Source of the DNA: an uncultured Methylophilaceae bacterium
Lineage (GTDB): Bacteria > Pseudomonadota > Gammaproteobacteria > Burkholderiales > Methylophilaceae
Assembly (NCBI GenBank): GCA_964352515.1
Contig: CAYGSH010000001.1
Location: forward strand, 21,756-84,627
Direction of reading: 5' to 3'
Length of the DNA stretch: 62,872 nt
In this document: positions 10,847 through 21,001 of the stretch, piece after piece
Layout of the letters: every line of letters begins with the position of its first letter
How positions within the stretch are numbered: position 1 is the first letter of the stretch
Notes under the pieces: model-generated
What the model was told of the DNA's origin: nothing
Databases searched by the model: none
Seen by the model: only the letters and a program-made list of their open reading frames with translations
Program-made: the position numbers and the translations under genes

Positions 10847-11386
10847 TCACTTTTCGCTCAATATTTTATATTCTCCTAATGGAATGCCATCTATTGAATA
10901 AGAGCCAATTGCAGCTCTAATTAAACGTAATGTTGGAAAACCTACTTTTGCTGTCATACGGCGGACTTGTCTATTTTTACCTTCGTGAATTTTAATTTCT
11001 AACCAGCTTGTTGGAATGTTTTTTCTATCTCTAATTGGAGGGTCCCGTCGCCATAATAATTTGGGCTCATCAATGATATTTATTTGTGCAGGCTTTGTTA
11101 TAAAGTCACCTAGATTGATCCCTTTAACTAGCGGTAGCAAATCGATATCAGTTGGTATACCCTCCACTTGAACCCAATAAGTCTTCATTTCTTTGTGTTT
11201 AGGGTGACTTAAACGGTGTTGCAAAGCGCCATCATCGGTTAAAATAAGTAAACCTTCAGAATCACTATCCAGCCGACCAGCTGCATAGACATTAGGTATA
11301 TCAATGTAGTTTTTTAATGTGGGATGTTTCTCATGTGCACTGAATTGACACACCACATTAAAAGGCTTATTAAATAAAATTATCAT
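10847..11386 (-). CDS. rluE: 23S rRNA pseudouridine synthase E
   Basis: 179 aa ([13 protein letters not shown], catalytic [25 protein letters not shown]). Short RluE-type architecture without an S4 domain. Confidence 0.8.
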   Translation of the reverse strand: MIILFNKPFNVVCQFSAHEKHPTLKNYIDIPNVYAAGRLDSDSEGLLILTDDGALQHRLSHPKHKEMKTYWVQVEGIPTDIDLLPLVKGINLGDFITKPAQINIIDEPKLLWRRDPPIRDRKNIPTSWLEIKIHEGKNRQVRRMTAKVGFPTLRLIRAAIGSYSIDGIPLGEYKILSEK

Positions 11387-11403
11387 CTACTAGGAAACGA
11401 ACA

Positions 11404-12642
11404 ATGGCATCAATGATTAAAGTTCCAAATACAGGTAATAAAATAACTGTTGGCGAAGACAACATACTAAATGTACCAAATAATCCAATTATCGCATTTA
11501 TTGAAGGCGATGGTATAGGTGCAGACATTACTCCACCAATGATCAAAGTAGTCGATCATGCAGTCAATAAAGCCTATGGAGGAAAACGTCAAATAGCATG
11601 GATGGAAGTGTATGCTGGCGAAAAATCTACTCATATTTATGATAAAGACACTTGGCTTTCTACTGAAACCATGCAAGCACTTAGAGAATATGTCATTTCT
11701 ATTAAAGGCCCATTAACAACACCAGTTGGCGGCGGCATACGATCTTTAAATGTATCGCTAAGGCAAGAGTTAGATCTTTATGTTTGCCAGCGCCCAGTAC
11801 AATATTTTAAAGGTGTTCCAAGCCCAGTTAAACATCCTGAAAAAACGGACATGGTTATTTTCCGTGAAAATACTGAAGATATCTATGCTGGTATTGAATG
11901 GGCAGCTGGTACTGATGAAGTCCATAAGGTGATTCAGTTTTTAAGTGACATGGGCATGCGTAAGAAGATTCGCTTTCCAGAATCTTCTGCGATAGGCATA
12001 AAACCAGTTTCAATTGATGGCAGTAAACGATTGATTCGCAAAGCCATTCAATATGCTATTGATAACAATAGAAAATCAGTCACTATTACCCATAAAGGTA
12101 ATATTATGAAGTTTACTGAAGGTGGTTTTAGAGATTGGGGATACGCCTTAGCAAAAGAAGAGTTTGGTGCTGTTGAAATGAATGGTGGTCCATGGTGCAA
12201 ATTACCCAATGGTATTGTTATTAAAGATTGCATCGCAGACGCCTTTCTACAAGAAATCCTATTACACCCCTCAGACTATGATGTGGTTGCTGCATTAAAT
12301 TTAAATGGTGACTATATGAGTGATGCCCTAGCAGCGCAAGTAGGCGGTATTGGCATTGCACCAGGCGCCAATTTAAGTGACACAGTAGCTATGTTTGAAG
12401 CTACGCACGGGACTGCACCCAATATTGCAGGCAAAAATATCGCCAACCCGAGCTCTCTCATTCTTTCAGCAGAGATGATGTTGCGACACATGGGATGGAC
12501 TGAAGCAGCAGATTTAGTCCTTACTGGGGTTTCAAAAGCAATTCAATCAAAACGGGTAACGGGTGACTTTTCTTCACAAATGGAAGGCGCCACTCAAGTT
12601 GGAACTTCCGAATTTGGCGATGAAATTATAAAACACATGTAA
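11404..12642 (+). CDS. icd: NADP-dependent isocitrate dehydrogenase
   Basis: 412 aa with [32 protein letters not shown] and [25 protein letters not shown]. Confidence 0.96.
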   Translation: MASMIKVPNTGNKITVGEDNILNVPNNPIIAFIEGDGIGADITPPMIKVVDHAVNKAYGGKRQIAWMEVYAGEKSTHIYDKDTWLSTETMQALREYVISIKGPLTTPVGGGIRSLNVSLRQELDLYVCQRPVQYFKGVPSPVKHPEKTDMVIFRENTEDIYAGIEWAAGTDEVHKVIQFLSDMGMRKKIRFPESSAIGIKPVSIDGSKRLIRKAIQYAIDNNRKSVTITHKGNIMKFTEGGFRDWGYALAKEEFGAVEMNGGPWCKLPNGIVIKDCIADAFLQEILLHPSDYDVVAALNLNGDYMSDALAAQVGGIGIAPGANLSDTVAMFEATHGTAPNIAGKNIANPSSLILSAEMMLRHMGWTEAADLVLTGVSKAIQSKRVTGDFSSQMEGATQVGTSEFGDEIIKHM

Positions 12643-12662
12643 GATTACATGTAATTATGCCT

Positions 12663-12690
12663 AAGCCCCTAAATTCAGGGGCTTTTTTCA
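12663..12690 (+). terminator. Rho-independent terminator after icd
   Basis: aagcccct / aaattc / aggggctt followed by tttttca. A second 8-bp inverted repeat (acatgtaa-ga-ttacatgt, 12635-12652) overlaps the icd stop codon. Confidence 0.8.
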
Positions 12691-12898
12691 TCGCTACGAT
12701 AACAAAATCGCTTTTGTTCGACTTTGTTGCACATAAGCCAACAATCATAGGCTTATTTAAAACAATCGCTAACAAATACAAGTGCAAAATCTTTACAAAT
12801 ACGCGCTTAACGTGCATTATAGTTTTGTAACAAATACTGTTTAACTACAGTAGTTTAATAAGAAAACATAATCAAGTGGATTAAAAGCGATAAATAAA

Positions 12899-14617
12899 AT
12901 GGTAGTTGCTGCATCAAAAACAAAATTAAGCGGGCTCGCTCGCATGCTGATTAAAGAGGGTTTAATATCCGAAGAAGAAGCGACGGCGTTGCAATCACAA
13001 GCGGATATCGCCAATATTCCATTTATTTCACAAATAATTACAAGCAAAAAATTAACGGCTAATAAAATTGCAGAAGTCTCATCGAAAGCATTTGGCTTTC
13101 CCTACTTTAACCTAGACGCACTCAATCCAGAGTATTTACCAGACAAAAATATTGATATAAAACTGATGCAAAGAAACCGGGTTATTGGCTTGCAAAGCCG
13201 TAATAATGTTTTGTTTGTAGGAATTTCTGACCCAACAGTACTTCACTCACTAGATAGCGTGCAATTCCAAATGGGTATGAAGCTCTCCCCAGTCATTGTG
13301 GACGACGACAAACTTGGAAAGTGGATTGACAGTATTGTAGAGTCTAAAGACACTAGCATGGCATCCTTAGATGTGGGAGATGATTTTGATTTAGAAATGG
13401 GTGGTGCTGAAGAGGAAAGCCAGCCTGATAACACACAGGAAGTCGATGATGCGCCTGTTGTTAAGTTTTTGCAAAAAATGTTGCTGGATGCCATCAATGT
13501 TGGGGCTTCTGATTTACATTTTGAACCATATGAAAAATTTTATCGTATTAGATTTCGCGTTGACGGCGAGTTAAGGGATATCGCACAACCCCCGCTGGCA
13601 ATTAAAGATAAACTAGCCTCTCGTATTAAAGTTATTTCTAATCTGGATATTTCTGAAAAGAGAATTCCTCAAGATGGCCGAATGAAATTAGTACTTTCTA
13701 AAACCCGCACCATTGATTTTCGTGTGAGCACTTTACCGTTGATTCATGGTGAAAAAATTGTCATGCGTATTTTAGACCCAACCAGTGCAACGCTAGGGAT
13801 TGAAGCATTAGGTTATGAACCTAAACAACAGAAGTTACTTTTAGATGCAGTTAGCCGTCCATATGGCTTAGTATTAGTAACAGGGCCAACAGGTTCGGGT
13901 AAAACCGTTTCTTTATATACTTGTTTGAATATTTTAAATAATCCTGGCGTTAACATATCAACAGCTGAAGATCCGGCAGAAATCCCATTAGCAGGCATTA
14001 ATCAAGTTAATGTAAACGATAAACAAGGGCTAACATTTGCAGCAGCATTGAAATCTTTTCTAAGGCAAGATCCAGATATTATTATGATTGGTGAGATTCG
14101 TGATTTAGAAACTGCTGATATGGCGATTAAAGCTGCCTCGACGGGTCATATGGTACTTTCAACATTGCATACTAACGACGCACCATCGACTCTAACCCGT
14201 TTAATGAACATGGGGGTCGCGCCATTTAATATCGCCTCTGCTGTTTCTCTTATTACAGCACAACGTCTTGCAAGACGATTATGCAAAAACTGCAAAGTCC
14301 CGATTGAAGCGCCCAAAGAAGCATTGCTTAAAGTTGGTTTTAAAGAAGAAGATTTCAAGCAAGAGTTTAAACTATTCGGCCCAAAAGAAGGTGGATGCGA
14401 TCAATGTAACGGTGGGTATAAAGGACGAGTGGGCATCTATCAAGTCATGCCAGTCACAGAGGCGATTGCGAGAATTATTATGGAAAATGGCAATGCCATT
14501 GATATCGCTGATCAAGCTAAAAAAGAAGGTGTAAATGATTTAAGAAGATCTGGCATTTTAAAAGTAATGCAAGGGCTTACCTCAATTGCAGAAGTAGAAG
14601 CTTGTACAAACGAATAA
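12899..14617 (+). CDS. pilB: Type IV pilus assembly ATPase
   Basis: 572 aa with an N-terminal GSPII_E_N region, Walker A GPTGSGKT, and a C-terminal tetracysteine CKNC...CDQC. Confidence 0.95.
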   Translation: MVVAASKTKLSGLARMLIKEGLISEEEATALQSQADIANIPFISQIITSKKLTANKIAEVSSKAFGFPYFNLDALNPEYLPDKNIDIKLMQRNRVIGLQSRNNVLFVGISDPTVLHSLDSVQFQMGMKLSPVIVDDDKLGKWIDSIVESKDTSMASLDVGDDFDLEMGGAEEESQPDNTQEVDDAPVVKFLQKMLLDAINVGASDLHFEPYEKFYRIRFRVDGELRDIAQPPLAIKDKLASRIKVISNLDISEKRIPQDGRMKLVLSKTRTIDFRVSTLPLIHGEKIVMRILDPTSATLGIEALGYEPKQQKLLLDAVSRPYGLVLVTGPTGSGKTVSLYTCLNILNNPGVNISTAEDPAEIPLAGINQVNVNDKQGLTFAAALKSFLRQDPDIIMIGEIRDLETADMAIKAASTGHMVLSTLHTNDAPSTLTRLMNMGVAPFNIASAVSLITAQRLARRLCKNCKVPIEAPKEALLKVGFKEEDFKQEFKLFGPKEGGCDQCNGGYKGRVGIYQVMPVTEAIARIIMENGNAIDIADQAKKEGVNDLRRSGILKVMQGLTSIAEVEACTNE

Positions 14618-14658
14618 TCAATCAAGTTTGATAGAAAAAAATCAATTAAGGATACTAC

Positions 14659-15870
14659 ATGGCCACAAGCACTGGTAAAAATATTACCTTTCTATGGGAA
14701 GGTAAAGACAAAAAAGGCAAAATCGTCAAAGGAGAAATGCTTGCAAATGGCGATTCTTATGTCAGAGCCACTCTGCGGCGCCAAGGAATCAATGTCACAA
14801 AAGTGAAAAAACAAAGTGGCTTAGCTAAAAAAGGTAAAGTTACCGATAAGGACATTACTTTATTTACGCGCCAATTGGCCACTATGATGAAATCAGGTGT
14901 CCCATTACTTCAAGCTTTTGATATTGTAGGTAAAGGCCATAACAATCCTGCTGTGTCAAAACTTTTAGGTGATATTAAAGCAGATGTTGAAACAGGTAGT
15001 AGCCTCAGCGCAGCATTCAGAAAATACCCTCTTTTCTTTGACAATCTTTTCTGTAATTTAGTTGGCGCAGGTGAACAAGCAGGGATTCTAGACACTTTAC
15101 TTGATCGATTAGCAACCTATAAAGAGAAGATTCTTGCAATCAAAAGTAAAATCAAGTCTGCGCTAATGTACCCAATTTCTATTGTAGTTGTAGCATTTAT
15201 CATTACAGCTGTAATTATGATTTTTGTCGTACCTGCATTTAAAGAGTTGTTCTCAAGTTTTGGTGCTGACCTCCCTGCACCAACCTTATTTGTAATGTCA
15301 ATCTCAGATTTTTTTGTGTCATATTGGTGGGCCATTTTCGGTGCTATTGGATTTGGTCTCTGGTTTTTCTTCTATACATGGAAACGATCAGAAAACATGC
15401 AAGCAACCATGGATAGATTAGTACTTAAACTTCCCATTTTCGGCGAAGTAATCCGAAAGGCAACACTTGCAAGGTTTGCTCGAACTTTAGCAACAATGTT
15501 TGCTGCAGGGGTTCCTCTCGTTGAAGCTTTAGATTCAGTTGCTGGGGCATCTGGCAATCGCATTTATTATGATGCGACAAAACGTATTCAAAGTGAAATT
15601 AGTACAGGCACAAGTTTAACTGTTGCAATGCAAAATAGTGAAGTTTTCCCCAACATGATGTTACAAATGACAGCCATTGGTGAAGAGTCTGGCGCCCTAG
15701 ACAGTATGTTAGGTAAAGTTGCAGACTTCTATGAAGAAGAAGTTGATGATGCTGTTGAAGGCCTATCCAGCCTAATGGAGCCTATTATTATGGTCGTTCT
15801 TGGCGTCCTGATTGGTGGTTTAGTTGTTGCAATGTATCTGCCAATATTCAAACTTGGTTCTGTAGTTTAA
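14659..15870 (+). CDS. pilC: Type IV pilus inner-membrane platform protein
   Basis: 403 aa with two GspF-type repeats (TRQLATMMKSGVPLLQAF and ARTLATMFAAGVPLVEAL). It immediately follows pilB. Confidence 0.95.
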   Translation: MATSTGKNITFLWEGKDKKGKIVKGEMLANGDSYVRATLRRQGINVTKVKKQSGLAKKGKVTDKDITLFTRQLATMMKSGVPLLQAFDIVGKGHNNPAVSKLLGDIKADVETGSSLSAAFRKYPLFFDNLFCNLVGAGEQAGILDTLLDRLATYKEKILAIKSKIKSALMYPISIVVVAFIITAVIMIFVVPAFKELFSSFGADLPAPTLFVMSISDFFVSYWWAIFGAIGFGLWFFFYTWKRSENMQATMDRLVLKLPIFGEVIRKATLARFARTLATMFAAGVPLVEALDSVAGASGNRIYYDATKRIQSEISTGTSLTVAMQNSEVFPNMMLQMTAIGEESGALDSMLGKVADFYEEEVDDAVEGLSSLMEPIIMVVLGVLIGGLVVAMYLPIFKLGSVV

Positions 15871-16623
15871 TTAATTTACTTTTGCAGCCTGCAATGATTC
15901 TTCAATCGTTTGATATGGTTGCGCGCCCATCATCCGCTTGCCATCAGAAAAAATAAGTGTCGGCGTACTGGTAACCCCGACTTTTCTGGCTAAGTTTCCA
16001 ACCTCTTCTAAAGGCACTTTGCAATTGCCAGCAGAGCTAGGTAATTTATCATTCAATATCCAGTCATTCCATGCTTTTACACGGTTATCAGCGCACCAAA
16101 TCAATTTTGATTTATCGGCTGCATTAGGGTGTAATTGTTCTAGGGGGTATAAAAAAGTATAAATCGTCACATCTGTAATCTGACTTAGCTCATTCCGTTC
16201 TAGCCGTTTACAATAAGGGCAATCTACATCTGAAAATATTGCAACTTTACGACTACCATTACCTTTAACAACTTTAATTGCCTTTTCTAATGGCAGAGTA
16301 TTAAAATCAATGCGTGTTAATTCTTCTAAGCGAGCACCTGTTATATCTTTTCTGGTTTTTGGATCAACCAAATGCCCTTCAGCAATTAAAAAAGTAAGGT
16401 TCTCATCTGTATAAACAATTTGACCACCCATAAATACTTCATACAAGCCAGCATAGGGTGTTTTAACAATACTTTCTACTTTAAATTTTGGGTATGCCAC
16501 CTCAATCTTTTTTTTCAAACTAGCTACATCTGCCATGGCTAATTGACTAAAGCAAAAAATAACGGCTAATACTATATGTTTAATTCTCATCATTTGTATT
16601 CTCATATTGGCGGCATTAGGCAA
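15871..16623 (-). CDS. dsbC: Thiol:disulfide interchange protein DsbC
   Basis: It has a signal peptide, an N-terminal dimerisation region and a thioredoxin fold with CPYC. The real start is probably an internal Met (MRIKHIVLAV, about 16590). Confidence 0.85.
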   Translation of the reverse strand: MPNAANMRIQMMRIKHIVLAVIFCFSQLAMADVASLKKKIEVAYPKFKVESIVKTPYAGLYEVFMGGQIVYTDENLTFLIAEGHLVDPKTRKDITGARLEELTRIDFNTLPLEKAIKVVKGNGSRKVAIFSDVDCPYCKRLERNELSQITDVTIYTFLYPLEQLHPNAADKSKLIWCADNRVKAWNDWILNDKLPSSAGNCKVPLEEVGNLARKVGVTSTPTLIFSDGKRMMGAQPYQTIEESLQAAKVN

Positions 16624-17794
16624 CCGCTTGTTTAATTAAAGTGTTTTTTATACTTGGGTGACTATTTAAACGAAGCATTGCTATGCTTGTTAAACGCTTT
16701 GCCCATGAAGAATCAATCGAAAACAAACGATCTAGACCTGATGTTAATAGATTCATGTTTAGGACGTCTGCCTTTCGAACTCGTTCATATTGTCTTAAAA
16801 AAATGTTATCCCCAATATCCTGAAGTGGATGTCGACTAGCTAATAACGTTTGCAATGCAATCGTATCACGAAAACCTAAATTTGCGCCTTGCCCTGCCAT
16901 TGGATGCACTTTATGCGCTGCATCTCCCAAAAAAACAACACGTTCAGCAATGAGTTTATTTGCCGTTTGCTGAACTAGCGCAAAAGTGTAAGTATTAGTA
17001 ATTGGCTTAAGCTTTCCTAAAACTCGATTAGACTTTTCTTCAACTGCTAAAGCCAAATTTTCGGTCGATAGGTTTAACAACTCACTGGCTAATTCCGTTG
17101 ATAATGCCCATACCATAGAAACGTGTTGCGATGGCAAGGGGAGCAATGCAAGGGTTTCGTGCGATGAAAACCATTGACGCGCCACATTCCCGTGACTTGT
17201 TTCTAGTTGATAATTTGCAACTAAAGCAGTTTGTTTAAAATCTCTAAGCTTAGTCGCAACATCTAACTGTTGCCTTACAAAAGAATGTTCTCCATCAGCT
17301 GCAATCAAAAGATTAGCTGAAATTTTTGTATTATCATCAAAAGTAAGCTCAACTCTATCATCAACGTAATGTATGTTTTGACATGACACTCCCATTTGTG
17401 TTGGTATACTAAGTGCATCTATCTTTTGCCAAAGCGCTTGCATTAAGTTTTGATTTTCAATAATACAGGCCAGCTTAGAAAGATTGGCATCTTGTGATGA
17501 CAATATTAATGGCGATTCTGAATCAGAATGCCACAAAGACATTGCTTCGACATTATTTACTCTTTTTTGATCAACTGCAGACCATATATCAAGAGATGTT
17601 AACCAATGTTCGGTGGCAGGGGTAAGCGCATAAACTCTAGGATCCCAAGCGTCTATTAATTGATTGATACGTGGCTTGGCATCGACTAATAGAACTTGCA
17701 TCCCCAGATTTGCCAACGAAATCGCAGCAGACAACCCAACCAAGCCTGCGCCAAAAACAATGATATCCTTGTTTTTAAGTGTCCTATTTCCCAT
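16616..17794 (-). CDS. UbiH/UbiF/VisC/COQ6-family FAD-dependent ubiquinone biosynthesis hydroxylase (in the UbiI/VisC position)
   Basis: 392 aa with FGAGLVGLSAA (GxGxxG) and GDAAHKVHPMAGQGANLG. It lies downstream of ubiH, as in the pepP-ubiH-visC arrangement. Confidence 0.85.
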   Translation of the reverse strand: MGNRTLKNKDIIVFGAGLVGLSAAISLANLGMQVLLVDAKPRINQLIDAWDPRVYALTPATEHWLTSLDIWSAVDQKRVNNVEAMSLWHSDSESPLILSSQDANLSKLACIIENQNLMQALWQKIDALSIPTQMGVSCQNIHYVDDRVELTFDDNTKISANLLIAADGEHSFVRQQLDVATKLRDFKQTALVANYQLETSHGNVARQWFSSHETLALLPLPSQHVSMVWALSTELASELLNLSTENLALAVEEKSNRVLGKLKPITNTYTFALVQQTANKLIAERVVFLGDAAHKVHPMAGQGANLGFRDTIALQTLLASRHPLQDIGDNIFLRQYERVRKADVLNMNLLTSGLDRLFSIDSSWAKRLTSIAMLRLNSHPSIKNTLIKQAVA

Positions 17795-17801
17795 AAGTCA
17801 A

Positions 17802-18950
17802 TTAACGCACAAGCATCGACTTTGCTGGCATCAAGACATCCAACAGGCCTAACCCTAATCCACGAACTGAAGGCAATCCCACTAAATCATTTGAAAAAAC
17901 ACTGACTAAAAAGTCAGTAAACATTAAACCACCTTTTGTGTCTTTCAATCTCATTTTTGCATAATCTTCAAGCGTATTTTTTGATCCCCATGCTGATTCA
18001 GGCAACTGTAACAAGATACTTGCTAGAGAAGTTGCATCACGCAAACCAACATTAAAGCCCTGACCAGCTACTGGGTGCATTGTCTGCGCCGAGTTACCAA
18101 TAACGGCAAGGTGAGGCGTGATGTTATCTTCTAATTGTGATTTCATTAATGGGAAGCTCATCCGCTTTTCAATCGATAGAAACTGCCCAACCCTATCACC
18201 AAAAGCTTGATGCAACTCATTTAAAAATTCACAATCTTCAAGCGTTAATAATCTGTCTATACTAGCTTTTTCACCAGTCCATACCAACGAAAAATCTCGT
18301 TTTCCATTTGGCAATAATGCCATTGGACCAGCTGGGGTAAAACGCTCGTAGGCTATGTGACAATGCGGTAGCTCACATGATACTTTACTCACTAAGGCAT
18401 CATGCCCATATGATTTGGTTTTTCGCTTTAATGTTGGGATATTTTCTAAACTACGCCCACCTTCTGCTACAACGAGCAACTCAGACGAAACAGTTTGAAT
18501 CTCTCCAGCAAAAGAAAAGTCTACCTCCGCCGATTGGTCATTTAACCGAATTGCAGAAGCTGTTGCTTCATAACAGACGTTTTCAGCATTTATACTGCTA
18601 TCTAAAGCTTGCATTAATGCACCATAGGAAACAACATACCCAAGTGCTGGCAAGTCATAATCGTTGGCATTGAGCTTGGTCCTACCAGCACTGCCTCGTT
18701 GCGAAACATGTATCGTATTGATTGCTGTACTTGTTTCAGCCGCTATTTTCCACACACCCAATTTATCTAAAATCATTTTAGACCCATAGGACAATGCTAA
18801 TGCACGATGATCGTGGTATGCAGCACCCTTCTTTCGTGTTTCTAAAACGCAAACTGAAAAACCTTGCTGCTGCATTGTCAGTGCAAGCACCAACCCTACC
18901 GGACCACCCCCAACAATAACAAGCGATTGTTTTTTTGATTGATTTGCCAC
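17802..18950 (-). CDS. ubiH: 2-octaprenyl-6-methoxyphenol hydroxylase
   Basis: 382 aa with VGGGPVGLVLAL and GNSAQTMHPVAGQGFNVG. It lies directly downstream of pepP with a 1-nt overlap. Confidence 0.8.
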   Translation of the reverse strand: MANQSKKQSLVIVGGGPVGLVLALTMQQQGFSVCVLETRKKGAAYHDHRALALSYGSKMILDKLGVWKIAAETSTAINTIHVSQRGSAGRTKLNANDYDLPALGYVVSYGALMQALDSSINAENVCYEATASAIRLNDQSAEVDFSFAGEIQTVSSELLVVAEGGRSLENIPTLKRKTKSYGHDALVSKVSCELPHCHIAYERFTPAGPMALLPNGKRDFSLVWTGEKASIDRLLTLEDCEFLNELHQAFGDRVGQFLSIEKRMSFPLMKSQLEDNITPHLAVIGNSAQTMHPVAGQGFNVGLRDATSLASILLQLPESAWGSKNTLEDYAKMRLKDTKGGLMFTDFLVSVFSNDLVGLPSVRGLGLGLLDVLMPAKSMLVR

Positions 18951-20263
18951 TATTGTACTTCTGACATTGTAAATTCAATTTCTGCTACTGTTTTTGGTGC
19001 ATTTTTAGTCAATATCTCACAGCCCGAATTCGTCACAACAACATCATCTTCAATCCGAATGCCAATATGATGAAAATGCTCAGGTACGTTATCTGCTGGT
19101 CGTATATAACAACCCGGCTCGACCGTTAAAACATTGCCCTGCTGCAACATACGCCACTGACCTAATTTATCCTTATATTCTCCAGCGTCATGTACATCTA
19201 AACCTAACCAATGCCCTGTTCTGTGCATATAAAACTGTCTGTAACTTCCATTTTCCAGCACTTCATCTTTCGAACCATGACATAAACCAAAATCAATAAA
19301 TCCTTGAATCAATACGTCCAACGCAGCTTCATGCGGTGCATTCCAATGGTTATTAATGTTCACTTTTTCAATAGCCGCTGATTGTGCAGCAAGCACCAAT
19401 TCATACACATCTTTTTGCACTGCTGTAAATTTTCCGTTTACTGGAAAAGTACGCGTGATATCAGAGGCATAACCATCTAACTCACAACCTGCATCAATTA
19501 ATAGTAAATCACCGTTTTTTAACTCACAATTATTAGCATTGTAATGAAGTGTGCATGCATTTTGACCGCCAGCAACAATACTGGTATAGGCTGGCGCTTG
19601 TGCACCTTTACGATAGAACTCATGCAAAAATTCTGCTTCTATTTCATTTTCAAGTTTACCTGGTTTGGTTTTTTGCATTGCACGTAAATGGGCACCCGCT
19701 GCAATATTTGCTGACGATCGCATCACATCTAATTCGTATGCCGTTTTCACCAATCGCATTTCATCAATGAGTTTGCGAATATCTACCATCTCATCAGGCG
19801 CACCCATTCCCGTCCTAGCCTGTGATCGTAGATCGTTTAACCAACGCAAGACCTTGCTATCCCAATGACAATCTGCCCCCAAGCTATAAAAAAGTTTGGA
19901 CTGACTTCCTATAAACGTAGGCAGAATTTCATCGACTGCATCAATAACATACGTTTCATCAAACCCAAATACAGTTTTTGCAGCTTCTGAACCATACCTA
20001 AAACCATCCCATATTTCGCGCTCCATATTTTTATCGCGACAAAATAAAATACTTTTAGGGTTACTGCCTGCAATCAAAACAAGCAATGCTTCTGGCTCTT
20101 TGAATCCTGTAAGGTAGTAAAAATAACTATCAAACCGATAAGGAAAATGGCTATCTCGATTCCGTAGCATCTCTGGTGATGTTGGAATAATCGCCACGCC
20201 CTGCGCCATCTGGGCAAGCAACTTACTTCGTCTAACACTATATTCTTTAATAGAAAAGCTCAA
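18950..20263 (-). CDS. pepP: Xaa-Pro aminopeptidase
   Basis: 437 aa with the AMP_N domain and M24 metal ligands (DAGCELDGYASDITRT, HRTGHWLGLDVHD, EPGCY). Confidence 0.93.
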   Translation of the reverse strand: MSFSIKEYSVRRSKLLAQMAQGVAIIPTSPEMLRNRDSHFPYRFDSYFYYLTGFKEPEALLVLIAGSNPKSILFCRDKNMEREIWDGFRYGSEAAKTVFGFDETYVIDAVDEILPTFIGSQSKLFYSLGADCHWDSKVLRWLNDLRSQARTGMGAPDEMVDIRKLIDEMRLVKTAYELDVMRSSANIAAGAHLRAMQKTKPGKLENEIEAEFLHEFYRKGAQAPAYTSIVAGGQNACTLHYNANNCELKNGDLLLIDAGCELDGYASDITRTFPVNGKFTAVQKDVYELVLAAQSAAIEKVNINNHWNAPHEAALDVLIQGFIDFGLCHGSKDEVLENGSYRQFYMHRTGHWLGLDVHDAGEYKDKLGQWRMLQQGNVLTVEPGCYIRPADNVPEHFHHIGIRIEDDVVVTNSGCEILTKNAPKTVAEIEFTMSEVQ

Positions 20264-20332
20264 TTAGAAATCCCGTTTATTTACATTATTTTAGCTTATA
20301 TGGCAGCCAGAATGATGATTTGTTCAATCAAG

Positions 20333-21001
20333 TTAACTCTGCATCATGCTATTAATTTGTGCCAACCTTTTTGGTGTGCCAATGTCATGCCATATTCCCT
20401 CAAAGCATTCGCCAGTGATAAGTCCAGCTTTCATCGCAGAGATCAATAGTGGCGCTAACTTTGCTGGCTCACCCTTCACCACATCTTGAAACAGTTTAGG
20501 AGAATATACTCCTACCCCAGAAAAAGTCAGCTTTTGATCACCACTCATAACCAAATGACCTTCATGTAAAACAAAGTCACCGTTTGGATGCTGCGGTGGA
20601 TTTTGTACCATCACTAAATGAGCTAGGTTAGGCTTAATTAAAACTTTTTTTAATTGGCTAAAATCAATCTCACAAAACACATCGCCATTGATCACTAAAA
20701 ATGGGCTTTCCCCCAAAATGGGCAATGCATTGGCTATACCTCCTGCTGTTTCCAAAGCCTTAGCTTCTTGACTGTACTCAATATTGACATCCCACTTTTC
20801 CCCATCTCCTAACGCATCTTCTATTTTCTGACCCAAATAAGCATGGTTAATCACTATCTCTTTAAAACCAGCTTTAGCTAACCGCTCAAGATGCCAAACA
20901 ATTAATGGTTTATCAGCAATTTTTAGCAATGGTTTTGGTGTGTTTGCAGTTAGTGGCATCATTCGTTGCCCTCGACCAGCTGCAAGTATCATGGCTTTCA
21001 T
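20333..21001 (-). CDS. murU: N-acetylmuramate alpha-1-phosphate uridylyltransferase-type nucleotidyltransferase
   Basis: 222 aa with MILAAGRGQRMMPLTANTPKPLL. Its start overlaps the stop of the amgK-like kinase (TAATG). The pair is divergent from lptD, as in Pseudomonas. Confidence 0.75.
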   Translation of the reverse strand: MKAMILAAGRGQRMMPLTANTPKPLLKIADKPLIVWHLERLAKAGFKEIVINHAYLGQKIEDALGDGEKWDVNIEYSQEAKALETAGGIANALPILGESPFLVINGDVFCEIDFSQLKKVLIKPNLAHLVMVQNPPQHPNGDFVLHEGHLVMSGDQKLTFSGVGVYSPKLFQDVVKGEPAKLAPLLISAMKAGLITGECFEGIWHDIGTPKRLAQINSMMQS

